DNA of 64,000 bases. Source: Azolla caroliniana. Lineage: Eukaryota; Plantae; Polypodiophyta. Below are positions 49,693-61,525 of the stretch, piece by piece; position 1 is the stretch's first letter, and the number at the start of each line of letters is the position of its first letter. The notes beneath the pieces were generated by a model, which worked only from the letters and a program-made list of their open reading frames with translations, did not search any database and was not told the origin of the DNA. The stretch covers positions 7,874,001 to 7,938,000 of the forward strand of contig JBHGNT010000010.1 in assembly GCA_043228905.1 (NCBI GenBank), written 5' to 3'. A program made the translations under genes and the position numbers.

Positions 49693-50131
49693 TGTTGAGC
49701 TAGCAAGCTCAACCAAATCCGGACCAGCTGAATAAGCCAGAGCCGGATCGATATCTAGATCGGAGAACCGGATCGGTGTCCAGATGATATCCGGAACCAG
49801 GAGCCGGATTGGAATGAAACCGGTAGGCCGTTAGAGGCCTACAGATCCAACCTAGTACGTAGGCATATTCTTGGGAGTCAGTGATAGTCGCTCATGTGAG
49901 CATTGAAGTACCTGTCAGTACCTGTCTATTATGGACTTGTATAAAAGTGCTCCCCGAGCACATTCTACGTACAAAGTTACAGAGTGTTATTTTTTTAATA
50001 GAGTTTTATGTTCTGCTCTCTCTCTTTCTCTCCCACATATATTCTCTGTGTTAAGCTTCCATTGAACCTTCCTCTCTAACTGTTGCTATCCGGCTGAGTC
50101 GGTTTGTCAAATGCTTCCGCACGTTTACTTT
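49693..50131 (+). repeat. LTR of the short-LTR copia family (3' end clipped)
   Basis: TGTTGAGCTAGCAAGCTCAAC start; GAGCATTGAAGTAC and GCTTCCGCA blocks. Confidence 0.85.
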
Positions 50132-53100
50132 GGATAGTGTTCTGTCTAGTTTCTGACAGTGAGAACGAACCACGAGCATAACCGCGAGTCTCTCAACTGC
50201 GATGGCTGAGAGGATTTTTAAAGAGGGCTATCAAGGCGTGGTGCTGCGATAGTCCAGACGCCCCGGAGAAACCCCACACTTGTCCATAGGTAGGAAGGTT
50301 TGGTTCTCCGAGGGCAAAGCTTGTACTATAACTGGCATCAACGGCCAGGAAAAGAGACAGACTGAAGAGCGTTTAAGGGCGTGCGGTGCTCTTAGCTCCG
50401 ACAATGAGATTAGCAGTGTCATGGAGGCGGTCTTGTTCGACCACACCCTTGGAGAAATCGGAAGAGTAGCCATAGAAGGCCTAAGTGGAGACCGGGTAAT
50501 TCCGGTCGGTTCCATGGAAATGTACGAAGTCATTGCAGACTTCAGAGAGATGGTCGGGTCAGATAGGACGGCTGAAGTCAACACCAAGTACAAGACTGTG
50601 GACCGGAAGATGAGGCCAGTCGCGGCTCCCTTGCCGAAGGGCAGCGAGGAGCGGATGAAGGGGGTCACGTCAAACCCAAGTTTACGGAATTCGGCCGGCA
50701 TAGGGCATTGGTTCACTGATGAGACACTACGGGAGCTGAAGATCGGTGGGGGTGGCTTCCTACTACCGGCGGAGGAGGACCAGTTTCGGACCATGCTTGG
50801 AAGGCACAAGAAAGCCTTCGCATTCTCGTCGTGGGAGGATTGGGTGCATCAACCCGACAATCGTAGAACCGATGTTGATCTTCACTATACCGCATGTACC
50901 GTGGAATCTCAAACCGATTCCGGTTCTGAGAGCTCACATCCCGAAGTTGATGGAGCTGTTAAAGGAGAAGGTGGAGATGGGTATTCTCGAATCGTCAAGT
51001 GCCTCATATTCAAATCAGTGGTTTACTGTGCCGAAGAAGAATGGCACATTGCGCTTCATTCAAGACCTGTTGCCGGTCAATAAGGTGACCATTCGGAACG
51101 TAGGGATAGGGCCGACTATCGATGAATTCGCAGAGGCCTTCACTAGGAGGTCGATCTACTCAATTGGCGATTTATACTTGGGGTACGACCAATTCCAGCT
51201 AGCCGTGGAAAGTGGGGATATCACGACGATGTGGACCCCTCTCTATTTAGTGCGGATGTGTGCCCTACCACAAGGAGGGACCAATTCAGTGGCACACATG
51301 GTGAATGCAATGAACAAGGTGCTGAGGGACTGCATCTCGGACCTCACCATGCCAATTTTGGACGACATCCCAATAAAGGGATGTCCGGTGGAAGCAAAGG
51401 ATGCATCGCTTGGACCGGACGGATGCCAGAGGTTTGTCGTAAACCACATCTCCGACTGCGAGAAGGTACTGCAGTCAACATTCTCCGGAGAGAAGTTAGC
51501 ATTCGGGCAATCCGAAATCTTGGTAGTTGGGCACTTGTGCGGGCCATACGGCCGGAAACCATCTCCGGCAAAGGTACAAGCCATCTATGCAATGAAGGAA
51601 GAATGCAAGTCAGTCACGGAGGTCCAAAGATTCCTTGGAGTGTGCACCTTTTACCACATTTGGATTCCGCATTACGGGCACTTCGTAGAGCCGCTCTACG
51701 GGCTGTTGAAGAAGGGTCGTAGGTTCGAATGGAAAGACGAGCACGTGGCATCGGTCTGAAGGCTGAAGGAAGCGTTGACTGTAGCACCAGCTCTCTAGAA
51801 GGCGGTTTATGGGAAGGGTACCCCTGTTTTCGTGACGGTGGACACGAGTCCGACCAGAATCGGATGGGTGGTCAATCATGAAGACGCGGACAACACGAGA
51901 TTCCCCATCCAATTCAGAGCGAAAGTATTGAGTGAGCAGCAACGAGGGTACACCCAGGTTAAACGCAAACTCTAGGGTATCGTTTCGACGGACAAGGCCG
52001 ATAAGGATTATTTGATCGGGACAGAGGTAGTAATCGAGACCGACTGCCTACCAATTCTCGGTATGGTTTCCAGATGCGTGACTCCAGACCTGGCTATGCT
52101 TAGGTGGATCGCGTACATCAAGTCCCTGAATCTGAAGATTCAGCATATCTCCGGGAAAGACAACCTCATGGCCGATATGCTTTCGAGAGAGCAGTTTGAC
52201 GATGAAGATGGCATGGTATCGGAAGATGAAGAAGTTGGCGTGGACTTCTTCGAGTCGCCTCAAGTGACAGCAATGGAGGGGAGCACTCCGGCACTGAACG
52301 AGTTTAACGAGAATGAGTATGATGGGGAGTGGCTCTGGATCGGTAGATTCTTGAGAACGTTGACACTAGACGCGGCATGGACGAGGGATGAAGCAAACTG
52401 GATCCGGAAGAAGGCGTACCGGTTCTTCCTACGGAGCGGTAGAATATGGAGGCACCCGAAGAAGCATACCGGCACTCCACTCCAGGTAGTGATGAGGGAA
52501 GAACAGATGACGCTATTGTCGGAGCATCACGAGAGCCTTTGGTGGTCTGGAATGTACCGGGACATGCACCATTTCATTACAACCTACGAGAGCTATCAGA
52601 TGCATTTTGTAGTCCGGCATAGAGATGAGTTACACCCGACCTAGCCGTCGACCGTTCATTTCAAATGGATGGTGGATTTAGTAACGATGTCGATGGGGGT
52701 GGGGAAAATGCGATACTTGGTGCTAGCACGAGAGGACCTAACAAACCAGGTGGAGGGCCAGGCATTGCAAAACAAGACAACCACGGCCGTATGTCGGTTC
52801 CTGATCGAAGAGGTGATTTGCCGATACGAATGCATAGGGAAGATTGTGGCAAATCGAGGGGAGCTGGATGCGCGAGAAGCCGAATAGTTGTTTAGCCGGT
52901 TAGGGGTTAAGCTCCCTCTCACCACGGCGTACAATCCGGAGGCGAGCGGGAAGGTGGAGCGCAGACACAGCCCAATTGTGAAGGCACTGGTACGAGTATG
53001 CGAGGGGTAAGTCGGAAATTGTCGCGGCTCCTACCGTACGCATTATGGGCGGACCGGACTACGCACAGTTCAGTGACGGGATTCATGTTAACGGAACTCA

Positions 53101-54180
53101 TGTACGAGCAAAAGCCGATCGTGCCGGTGGAGCAAACGATCTCTTCATGGGAAACGATCGATTGGGTGGACGAAATGAGTCGGAAGGAGTTGTTGGAAGC
53201 AAGGATTCGCCAACTCGAGTAGAGACTGGAGGACGTGGAATGGGCGAAGGCGAAATTGTATGCGGTGCGGGAAAGGAGCAAGGATCGGTTTGACCAGACA
53301 CACCAACTGCAACCGAACAAGATCGAGGAAGGTGACTGGGTGATGGTCTACAACAGCAGCCTCGATAACCAGGATAAGGCTACGCGGAAGTTTGCGCAAA
53401 GGTGGTTCAGGCCCTATGTGGTGACGAGCACGAACGACAAAGCCACATACCACCTTATGGAGCTCGAAGGAACGAGGATAGCAGTACCAGTTGCAGGAAA
53501 GCAGATTAAAGCCTTCAAGAAGCGGCACTAAGAGGAGCCGGAACCGGAGCACTAGAGCGAGGACAGTGAGCTGGATGGACCTGGGTATAGACCGAGGGGT
53601 CGACAAATCCGAGGGTGATGAGTAACGAAAGACCGGAATTTCTGCCTTCCTTCTCTCGTCACATACCGGTGGATGTGCGGTTTGGTGGGGGTGGATGTCA
53701 TGGGAAATTCCGGCTACGGGGGGGAAAGGTAACCGAATGCGCGTGAACAAAGGAGTGTGTGGATGCACTCAAATATGCTTTAATGTATAAAAATGCGTAA
53801 ATAACATAAGATTAGTAAGTATTAGGGACTAGGATTTATTAGCTACTTTAAGTGTTTGCACGGATAGAGTGGAATATGGGAGTTTGATGCGACGAGATCG
53901 AGGAAAATCTCTGTCCAGAGCAACGGTTTAACTACCTAATGTAACAACCCTCTCCCTCCTTGGTCTATAAAAGGAGGGAGAGAGGACTAAGACGGGATCA
54001 TGTTTTGGGGAGGAGAACGAAGTGTTGTCGGTCTGGGAATCGAGCATTGGCCCTCTATCTTTGTATTCTATGTGTGGTGATCTATTCGTATTACTATGAA
54101 TAGGAGTATCAGTCCTAACGGCATGTTGGCTCCCCATCGATCTGGCCTAGCCGATCGGCCCATGTCCGGCCCATGTTGAG
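50132..54180 (+). mobile_element. 3' part of a second Ty3/gypsy element (protease tail, slippery site, RT, RH, INT, PPT, partial 3' LTR from 53696)
   Basis: FLTVRTNHEHNRESL, LPQGGTNSVAHM, ILDDIPIKG, LVLAREDLTNQVEG and LPYALWADRTT; colinear with ORF2 of 7178-20670. Confidence 0.9.
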
Positions 54181-54492
54181 TGTAGATGGATATGCGCGGA
54201 AGCGTATGTGAGGACATGTCGGTTATGCTCAGCAAACAACATAGAAGGAAGGCAAGAGGATATAGATAGATGATAGACACACATATGAAGCTTTAATGGA
54301 AGCTATCCTTATTTCTGTTTTCTCTCTCTCTCTCTCAGAGACTTGATGTACAAGATGATCAAGTCTTCTCTTTGTTTACAATGTTAGGTTATCGCTTATA
54401 TGCTAAGCCCTAACTATTTGGACGAGTTCACACTAGGATACAAGGTGGAAGGAGTCAGTCTTTTATGCCAACATTGAGCTTGTCACTCAAGA
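54181..54492 (-). repeat. Diverged LTR of the short-LTR copia family
   Basis: TGTAGA...GCGGAAGCGT start and TTGAGCTTGTCACTCAA end match the reverse complement of the family LTR. Confidence 0.6.
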
Positions 54493-54499
54493 TACCCTT

Positions 54500-55325
54500 T
54501 GTATGTCACTTTAAGAGAAGTTGACCTTTTTCTGGTAGACATTCTCGTGTCTTCATTATGGCACAACTGACTTGGCCACCTCAACAAAGTCGGCATCACG
54601 CATTTATCTAGAGTTGACTATATCCCTAAGCCCTCACTCTTTGACCAATATATTTGTGAGCATTGCAAGTACGACAAGTAGACTGCAATGTCGCACCCTA
54701 CTGTCGCACCGAGAGAATCGAGTCTGCTCGATTTGGTCCACTTGGAAGTCTATGGCCCTATGCCACATCAATCTCTCAACAGCGCATCCTACTTTGTCAC
54801 ATTTATTGACAATTCGACATGAAAGGTGTGGGTGTATCTAATCAGAACCAAAGATCGAGTGCTCACGATATTTCAAGAGTGGTTCGCAATGGTTGAAAAT
54901 CAATTCGGCTGGAAGCTAAAATGCTTGCGATCAAACAACGGTGGAGAATTCCAATCAGACAAATTCGTTAGATTTTTCCAGCAACGCGGCATCAAATGAG
55001 AGCTCACAACCCCATATAGTCCGGAGCAAAATGACATTGTAGAAAGAATGAATCGGACAATTTAGGAACGAATTGTCACCATGACGCAACATGCCAGACT
55101 ATCAAATGGTTTCTAGGCAGAGGCGTTACTCACCGTCGTGCACATCATCAATATGTCGCCAAGTAAGCCTCTTGGACTTCCAATTCCATAGGAGGTTTGG
55201 ATTGGCCAGAAGCCGAATTATGAGAAGTTGTGGATTTTTGGGTGCAAAGCATTCACCATTGTGCTGAAGGACGATCGCCGAAAGCTTGAACTGAGGTCTA
55301 GGAAATGTATTTTCTATTGGAGATG
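54500..55325 (+). mobile_element. Decayed copia integrase fragment
   Basis: DLVHLEVYGPMPHQ, YFVTFID, KLKCLRSNNGGEF and ERMNRT motifs. Confidence 0.8.
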
Positions 55326-55329
55326 AGGT

Positions 55330-55430
55330 TGTCACAGCAGAACCAAAAAACAACATCTAAGTATGAAAACGAACAAGTTTGATGACAAAAGTAAATAGAG
55401 ACAACTTGAACAAGGATCAAGGATCAAGGC

Positions 55431-55461
<31 letters not shown>

Positions 55462-58400
55462 CAAAAGAGGCACACAATGTAACAATCTTATTTTAGAATG
55501 TCACAGTACAAGAATAGCACTATCAACTTCTTCATGAACTATGTTACAAAGCTAGTTATATACCAATTGGCCTAGGGCAATTGCCCTTCGACATATTTAT
55601 AGAATTTTCCTAAACCTAGTCTGTCCGAGTATGACAATGTGAATACGACCCCTATACACCCATATTCGACACTCCCCATAATGGGTCTATACACTAAGGA
55701 GAGATCTGTAATATAAAACAAGATATAAAAAGAGATGTTAGGACAGATTAGGTTATAGTCAAATCAGTAAGGGCCGAAAGAAACAGAGGCCAAATCAGTT
55801 GGTTCCAAAGTAGAAGCCGGATCGACTATCAAGGCATATTGTTCAAAGTTATCTCTCCCTTCTTACTCGATTAGATTGTTTTCTCCTTAAGCCCATCTAG
55901 TGTATTAGTGACCTGAATCGGTAAGTCGAAAGACATTTGGTCATCCCGTTCGCTACATTGGTGGCCGTAGAGATTTTCTTGAGTTTGAGCTTCCCTGAAG
56001 TTACACAGTCCTGAACGAGATGATATCGAATGTCGATATGCTTGGAGGTGTTATGATGAACCAAGTTTTTCGCCAAGGCGACAACACCCTGACTGTCGTT
56101 GTAGACAATTAGTGTCGAATTGGGATTGGCTTGTCGAAATGTATACACCAACCAACCAAGCCATAGAGCCTCTTTCGCTGCAACGGATGCGGCTACATAT
56201 TCAGCTTTGGTGGTTGAAATGGTCGTGCACTCTTGAAATTTTGACTTCCACGAAATTGCTCCATTGCTTAATTTGAAGCAGTATTTGATTGTTGACTTTC
56301 GGTTATCCACACAGCCGAGAAAGTCTGAGTTGGTTTAGCCAACTACACTTGAGTTCTTGTTCGGGTTGAAGAGGATGCCAAGGTCTTGTGTGCCCACTAG
56401 ATATCTAAACACATGTTTGACTGCGTTCCAGTGCGATCGGCCAAGGTTGTCCATGAATCTGCTAACGAATCCTACGACATGTGCTATGTCAGGCTGTGTC
56501 ATGACCATTGCGTACATCAAGGAGCCAACTGTTGGTGCATATGGTACTAACTTCATATCTTCCCCCTCTAGACCAAATGTTGGACAATCTTGTTGAGACA
56601 ACCAAAGGAAAATGGGAAGCGGGTTCGAAGCAGATTTGACCGATTGCATGTTGAAGCGCTCTAGGAGTCATCAGATGTAATCGACTTGAAACAAGAATAA
56701 TTGTTGTTGATTCCGGAGCTGACTAATCTTCATTCTGTGTATGTGTTGAGCCTGACCTAGGTCCTTCATTGCAAATTTCAACTGCAATTGTCGAACAAGA
56801 TTGGCAAGCTCTCCAGCATGTCAGCCAAAGAGAAGCATGTCATCCATGTATAGGATGAGGAATATGGGTGAACCATCTTGACCTTGATTTGAGAAGAGGC
56901 AATGGTCCTCATCGCTCTTACAAAAGTTGATAGACTGGATGAAGTCGTCGGATTTTTTGTACCAATGTCTTGGTGCCTACTTTAGGCTGTAAAGACTCTT
57001 CCTGAGTAGGTAGACTAGATGCTCTTGGCCAGCTGCAAACAAAGCCTTTCGAAATGTCGTCTTAACATCTAACTGAATAAGCTCCATTGGTGAAAAAATT
57101 TCGTCAAAGTTGATACCATGTTCCTGTCGGAAACCCTTCGCATCATAGTTTGGCTTTGAATTTGAGACTTGCCGAATCAGACATCTCTTTGAGTCGATAT
57201 CCCACTTGCACGAAAGAGCACATCAATTTTTCAGCTATTCGACTAAGTCCCATGTCTTATTGTGTCGGATGGAGTTCATCTATGACTCCATTGTCAGATG
57301 CCTATTGGCCTAATTTGCACATGCCGATGCTTCTTCGTATGACGTCAACTCGTTGGCGTCCATGAAGAGGATTTCGGGAGAGTATCTCTCTAGAGGTTAA
57401 GATAGTCGTTCAGATTGTCTTAGCACGACTAGGCTTACCGAATCATCGTTGATGATCGTCTCATGAGTAGCCAATCCATTATGTGGATCACTATTTAGGT
57501 TGCTCTCTGAGTCAGCTTCTCGTGTTGCCGCTCTTGTGTGTTGTGTTGGGCCATCAAGAGGAGTCAAAGCATCCGAAAAAGTGACTCTTCTGACTTCAAT
57601 CGGCCTTTCGGTCGCCTTGTGCATTTCCGACTCGTTGAAGACAACGTCCAAACTTCGTACAACTTGTATATTTTTCGGATCCCATAGTTGGTAGCCGAAT
57701 TTGTCGTCTGATCCATAACCAAGGAAAATACATTTCCGGGATCGCGACTCAAGTTTTCGGTGGTCGTCCTTATGCACAAGAGTGAATGCTTCGCACCTGA
57801 AAATCTAGAACTTCTCATAATTCAGCCTCTGGCCGGTCCAAAGCTCTCGTGTAATTTGAAGTCCTAGAGGTCTACTCGGCGACATATTGATTATGTGCAC
57901 AACAGTGAGTATTGCCTCTGCCCAGAAACCACTATAGTCCGACATGTTGCATCATGGCAACAATTCGCTCCTAAATTGTCCAAATCATTCTTTCTGCAAT
58001 GTCATTTTGCTCCAAACTATATGGGGTCGTAAGCTCTCGTATGATGTCACGCTATCGGCAAAAATTGACGAACTTGTCCAATTTGAATTCTCCACCATTA
58101 TTTGATCTTAAGCATTTCAGCTTCTGGCCGGATTGGTTTTCAACCATTGCGAGCCACTCTTGAAAGATCATGAACAGTCGATCTTTGGTTCTTATTGGAT
58201 ACGCCCACACCTTTCTTGTCGAGTCGTCAATAAATGTGACGAAGTAGGAGGCGCCGCCAAGAGGCTGATGTGGCATTGGGCCACAAACGTCCGAATGGAC
58301 CAAGTCAAGGGGACTCTGCTCTCTCGGCTCTCTACTTTGTTTGTCGTATTGGCAGTGCTTGCAACATCCATAATACTCAATCCCTTAACTCCCTTGACAT
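55330..58400 (-). mobile_element. Decayed copia 3' part (INT, RT, RNase H, probable 3' LTR ~55330-55847)
   Basis: VHSDVCGPM, RSRKCIFLGYG, VGSLMYAMV, KHIDIRYH; purine tract at 55852-55863 on the minus strand. Confidence 0.82.
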
Positions 58401-60041
58401 GGGTGCATGTTAATTGTGTCATTATCCATATAAATATTATAACTCTTCCATCAATCTTCTATCAGTCTCTATTCTCTCTTGATCCATCCTCACCCTTATC
58501 TTCATTCTTCTCATCATGTTCATTGTTCATTCATTGTTCAAGGTCATTGTTTGGTTCGGTCTAGCTATTTGCTCTTGGTTAAATGATAAGTAATAGTCGT
58601 TGGCTTCTTATTGATTGGCTCCACTTGGGTAGGCTTGGGCATAAACTCTTTCTTGGCTTGGCTAGGTTTAGCTTGGTGATGAACCATCACTCTAGCTTGT
58701 CTCACCTAATCCCTATCAACTTTCATGCTAGATATCAATTGGCTCTTGGATATTAGCTAACGACCATCAACTTGATTATTGCTCATCTATAGGTGTTGAT
58801 TATGAGGTTTGTAATGAGGAAATTATGGCAAGACTATAATTCGAGTAAGGTCATGAGTTGGTGTGGTCCTAGGTCATCCATAACCAAGTTTAGGCAACGC
58901 ATTAGGTTATCTCAACTTCTTGGTAAGGAGGCTAACCACTATTGGAAAAGGAAGGACATTCATTAAGATCATTGTTATTATAGTTGATTGCATCTTGTCT
59001 ACGTTAATCATGTATCAATTTTTGACTACTTGCTCTTGTGTATGTCTCAATCAAGTTCATGAACTCAAATTGTCTAGTGTTTGCTACTAATCATGGTATA
59101 TAGTTTCTGAGGACATCTCAATATTAGGTTTGAATATTGCATTGTAATGTTCAATGATATGCTCATTATTTGCTATAGGCATAACCTTATGAACCAATTG
59201 CATGATTGTTTATATGGTAGTTGAGAAACCAATTTTTCTAGGAACTAGGACAAACCCATAAGGACCTATGATACATGGGAACATGTGTGGTTTAGGAACC
59301 TTAGGTGTTGACCTTTGTAAAGGGGATTGTCTTCCCCGTTCATTACGACATCTTGAGACGTTGTTGAGACTCTATTGGTGAGGCTAAGCTCTCTTCTTCG
59401 AATCCGTTATTCAACATCCAACACATAATATAAGGTAACATTTACTAGTATGGATTAAGTTCCATGATATTTTATGTTTGTTTCGTGTACTTAACTTAGA
59501 GACGGTCAATGTGGTTAACACCCTTGATTATTATCCTTAATCTTTTATTCTTTTTCTTATCATTACTATTATTCGTAATAGTACTCACGAGAGTTCAATC
59601 CCCCCTATTTCGCTTGATGGTTTCTAATCCTGATTTGTTAATGCGTCCCTTGTCCCTTCAAATCCTTTACCATCTAATTGATTGAGAGCTAATCATCATT
59701 GTCAATATACTCATTATAAAACCTACGTAGATAGATAAATTATTCAACCAATTCATGTAACAACCCTTCAATATGGTTAAGCACCCTTATAAGCTTTTAG
59801 TTGTTTCATTTACTATGGCCATTAAAGAAAAAACTAAAAGCTTAGGGGCATTTGGGGAAATGAAGAAAAGCACAAGAGTAAGTTTCTCAAGGGAAGATGG
59901 CCTAGAGATATGTAATAAATGTTTCGTCAAAGATAAGGTCTAGATCACATGAAAACTTCATATTAAACAAACAAAAAAGGAATTTCAAACGCAGTTTAGG
60001 GAGAAAACATATATTTATAGTGTACGCAAGGTCAATGAATA

Positions 60042-60275
60042 CAAAAACTTCATATGTAAGGACGATCGATCAGCTTAATCTAAGCCTAATGATATAAACT
60101 AGCGGAGCATCTAATTGAGACTTGTTTTTTCGATGGCTAAACGTAATGAATGGATGAACACAAACAAGTCATACGTAAGGACGGACGATCAACGTAAGCT
60201 AAGACTGATAATATAGATTAGCGGAGCACCTAATCGGAAATTGTTTCCCGTTGACTAAACGTTAGGAATGGGTGG
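60042..60275. repeat. Two-copy ~119-bp degenerate tandem repeat upstream of ZFWD
   Basis: CATA.GTAAGGACG...TAGCGGAGCA.CTAAT...CTAAACGT..GAATGG present twice. Confidence 0.75.
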
Positions 60276-60618
60276 GGGTCAATTTCCAGTTTTCTTTCCG
60301 GGGCTGGCCAGGGGGAGGTTGGCGTGAACTTTCATTGGAGACACCAAACCTTCTGGAAGCTGCGTTGGCGAGCGAAAAGCAAAGGCTCTAACGGCAGGCA
60401 GGTATGGGCATTAATGTGTTAAAAGAAAAACATGATTAATGTTGATTCAATAACCAGTTAATTAGCTAGTTAATTAACTAGTTAAGCAGTTAATTAGCGA
60501 GCGATATAAGAAAAGGTATATTTGTTCTTCGCTCGTTTCTTCCTTTCCTTTTTTACCGATCGCTGCAGTGCCTCCCTCGCGCACACTGTGCCTCCTTGGA
60601 CGAAGCATCTCAGCACAG

Positions 60619-60760
60619 TAGGGTTAGGGTTAGGGTTAGGGTTAGGGTTCGATTTTAGGGTGAGAGCAGTAGAGTTATATTGAGTTTTATACCTTCAGGT
60701 CGATAGGGTTTAGAGCGAGGATTACAGGGTTGGGTTGAGGTTTACAGGGCTAGGGTTTTG
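60619..60760 (+). promoter_or_regulatory. TAGGG(TTAGGG)4 tract plus telo-boxes (TAGGGTTT) in the putative 5' UTR/promoter
   Basis: Perfect repeats at 60619-60649; TAGGGTTT at ~60704 and 60751. Confidence 0.7.
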
Positions 60761-60796
60761 GCACTGAAGCTCCCACCTCCGGCAGCATCAGCATCT

Positions 60797-61315
60797 ATGG
60801 AGGTGGATGGAGGTGGGGGCATGGCTCCCCGTCCTGGACCAAAGCGGAGCTATTTCCGAGCAGGAGCTCGCCCTCAGCAGGTCTGCACCTTCTGGCTTGA
60901 AGGCCGCTGCAATCGCGTCCCCTGTAACTTCCGGCACTCTACCGATGATTCTTCATCCATGGACAACATGAACATCAACAGCGGTGGTGGAGGAGGAGCA
61001 GGATTTTCATCTGGCCCTGGTAAACGATCCAATTCCGCCACTTTCGATCATGAGCACGAACGTGATGCTCCTTCCCAGCGTAGAAATGTGTGGGGGAGAA
61101 TCCGTGGAAATGTCTCAACCACCACGGTTGCTGCTGCCACCACTGCTGCCACTGCTGCCACTACGGCCACAACTGCTCCTTCTCGTTCCCGTACTATCCC
61201 TTGCACCTATTTCCTCCGCGGAAAGTGCTTAAAAGGAGATCAGTGCAATTTCCTCCATTCCTTCTCGTCCTCCGAAGACATGAGCTTCTTGACTCAGCTT
61301 GTCGGCCATGAGAAG
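60797..61315 (+). CDS. CCCH zinc finger + WD40 protein (ZFWD family), exon 1
   Basis: Two CCCH fingers (CTFWLEGRCNRVPCNFRH, CTYFLRGKCLKGDQCNFLH), then LTQLVGHEK|GT, phase 0. Confidence 0.9.
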
Positions 61316-61429
61316 GTTCACCTGCTGCTCCCTCTCTGTCTATGTCAGAATTGTGTGGCCGCTTCTTTCTTTGCATGATGTTTTACACGCAGAAGAGCTT
61401 TAGTAAATCCAAAGTTCCATGCATCCCAG

Positions 61430-61525
61430 GCAGTGAGAGCTATTGCACTACCAGACGGCGCGAATATGCTGTATACAGGAGCCCAGGACAGCACGATTCG
61501 GATCTGGGATTGTGAAACAGGCCAG
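61430..61525 (+). CDS. ZFWD exon 2 (first WD40 repeat); the gene continues beyond the window
   Basis: CAG|GCA GTG AGA... encodes AVRAIALPDGANMLYTGAQDSTIRIWDCETGQ|GT; 96 nt, phase 0. Confidence 0.9.

Noticed and set aside
58400-60000. Hidden gene in the AT-rich stretch
   Set aside because: No long ORF or recognisable motif; probably old repeat debris.
60619-60649. True or interstitial telomere
   Set aside because: Only ~30 bp long and in a gene leader context.
61316-61378. ORF-track C-terminus of the zinc-finger protein
   Set aside because: This is read-through into intron 1; splicing to 61430 restores the WD40 repeat.
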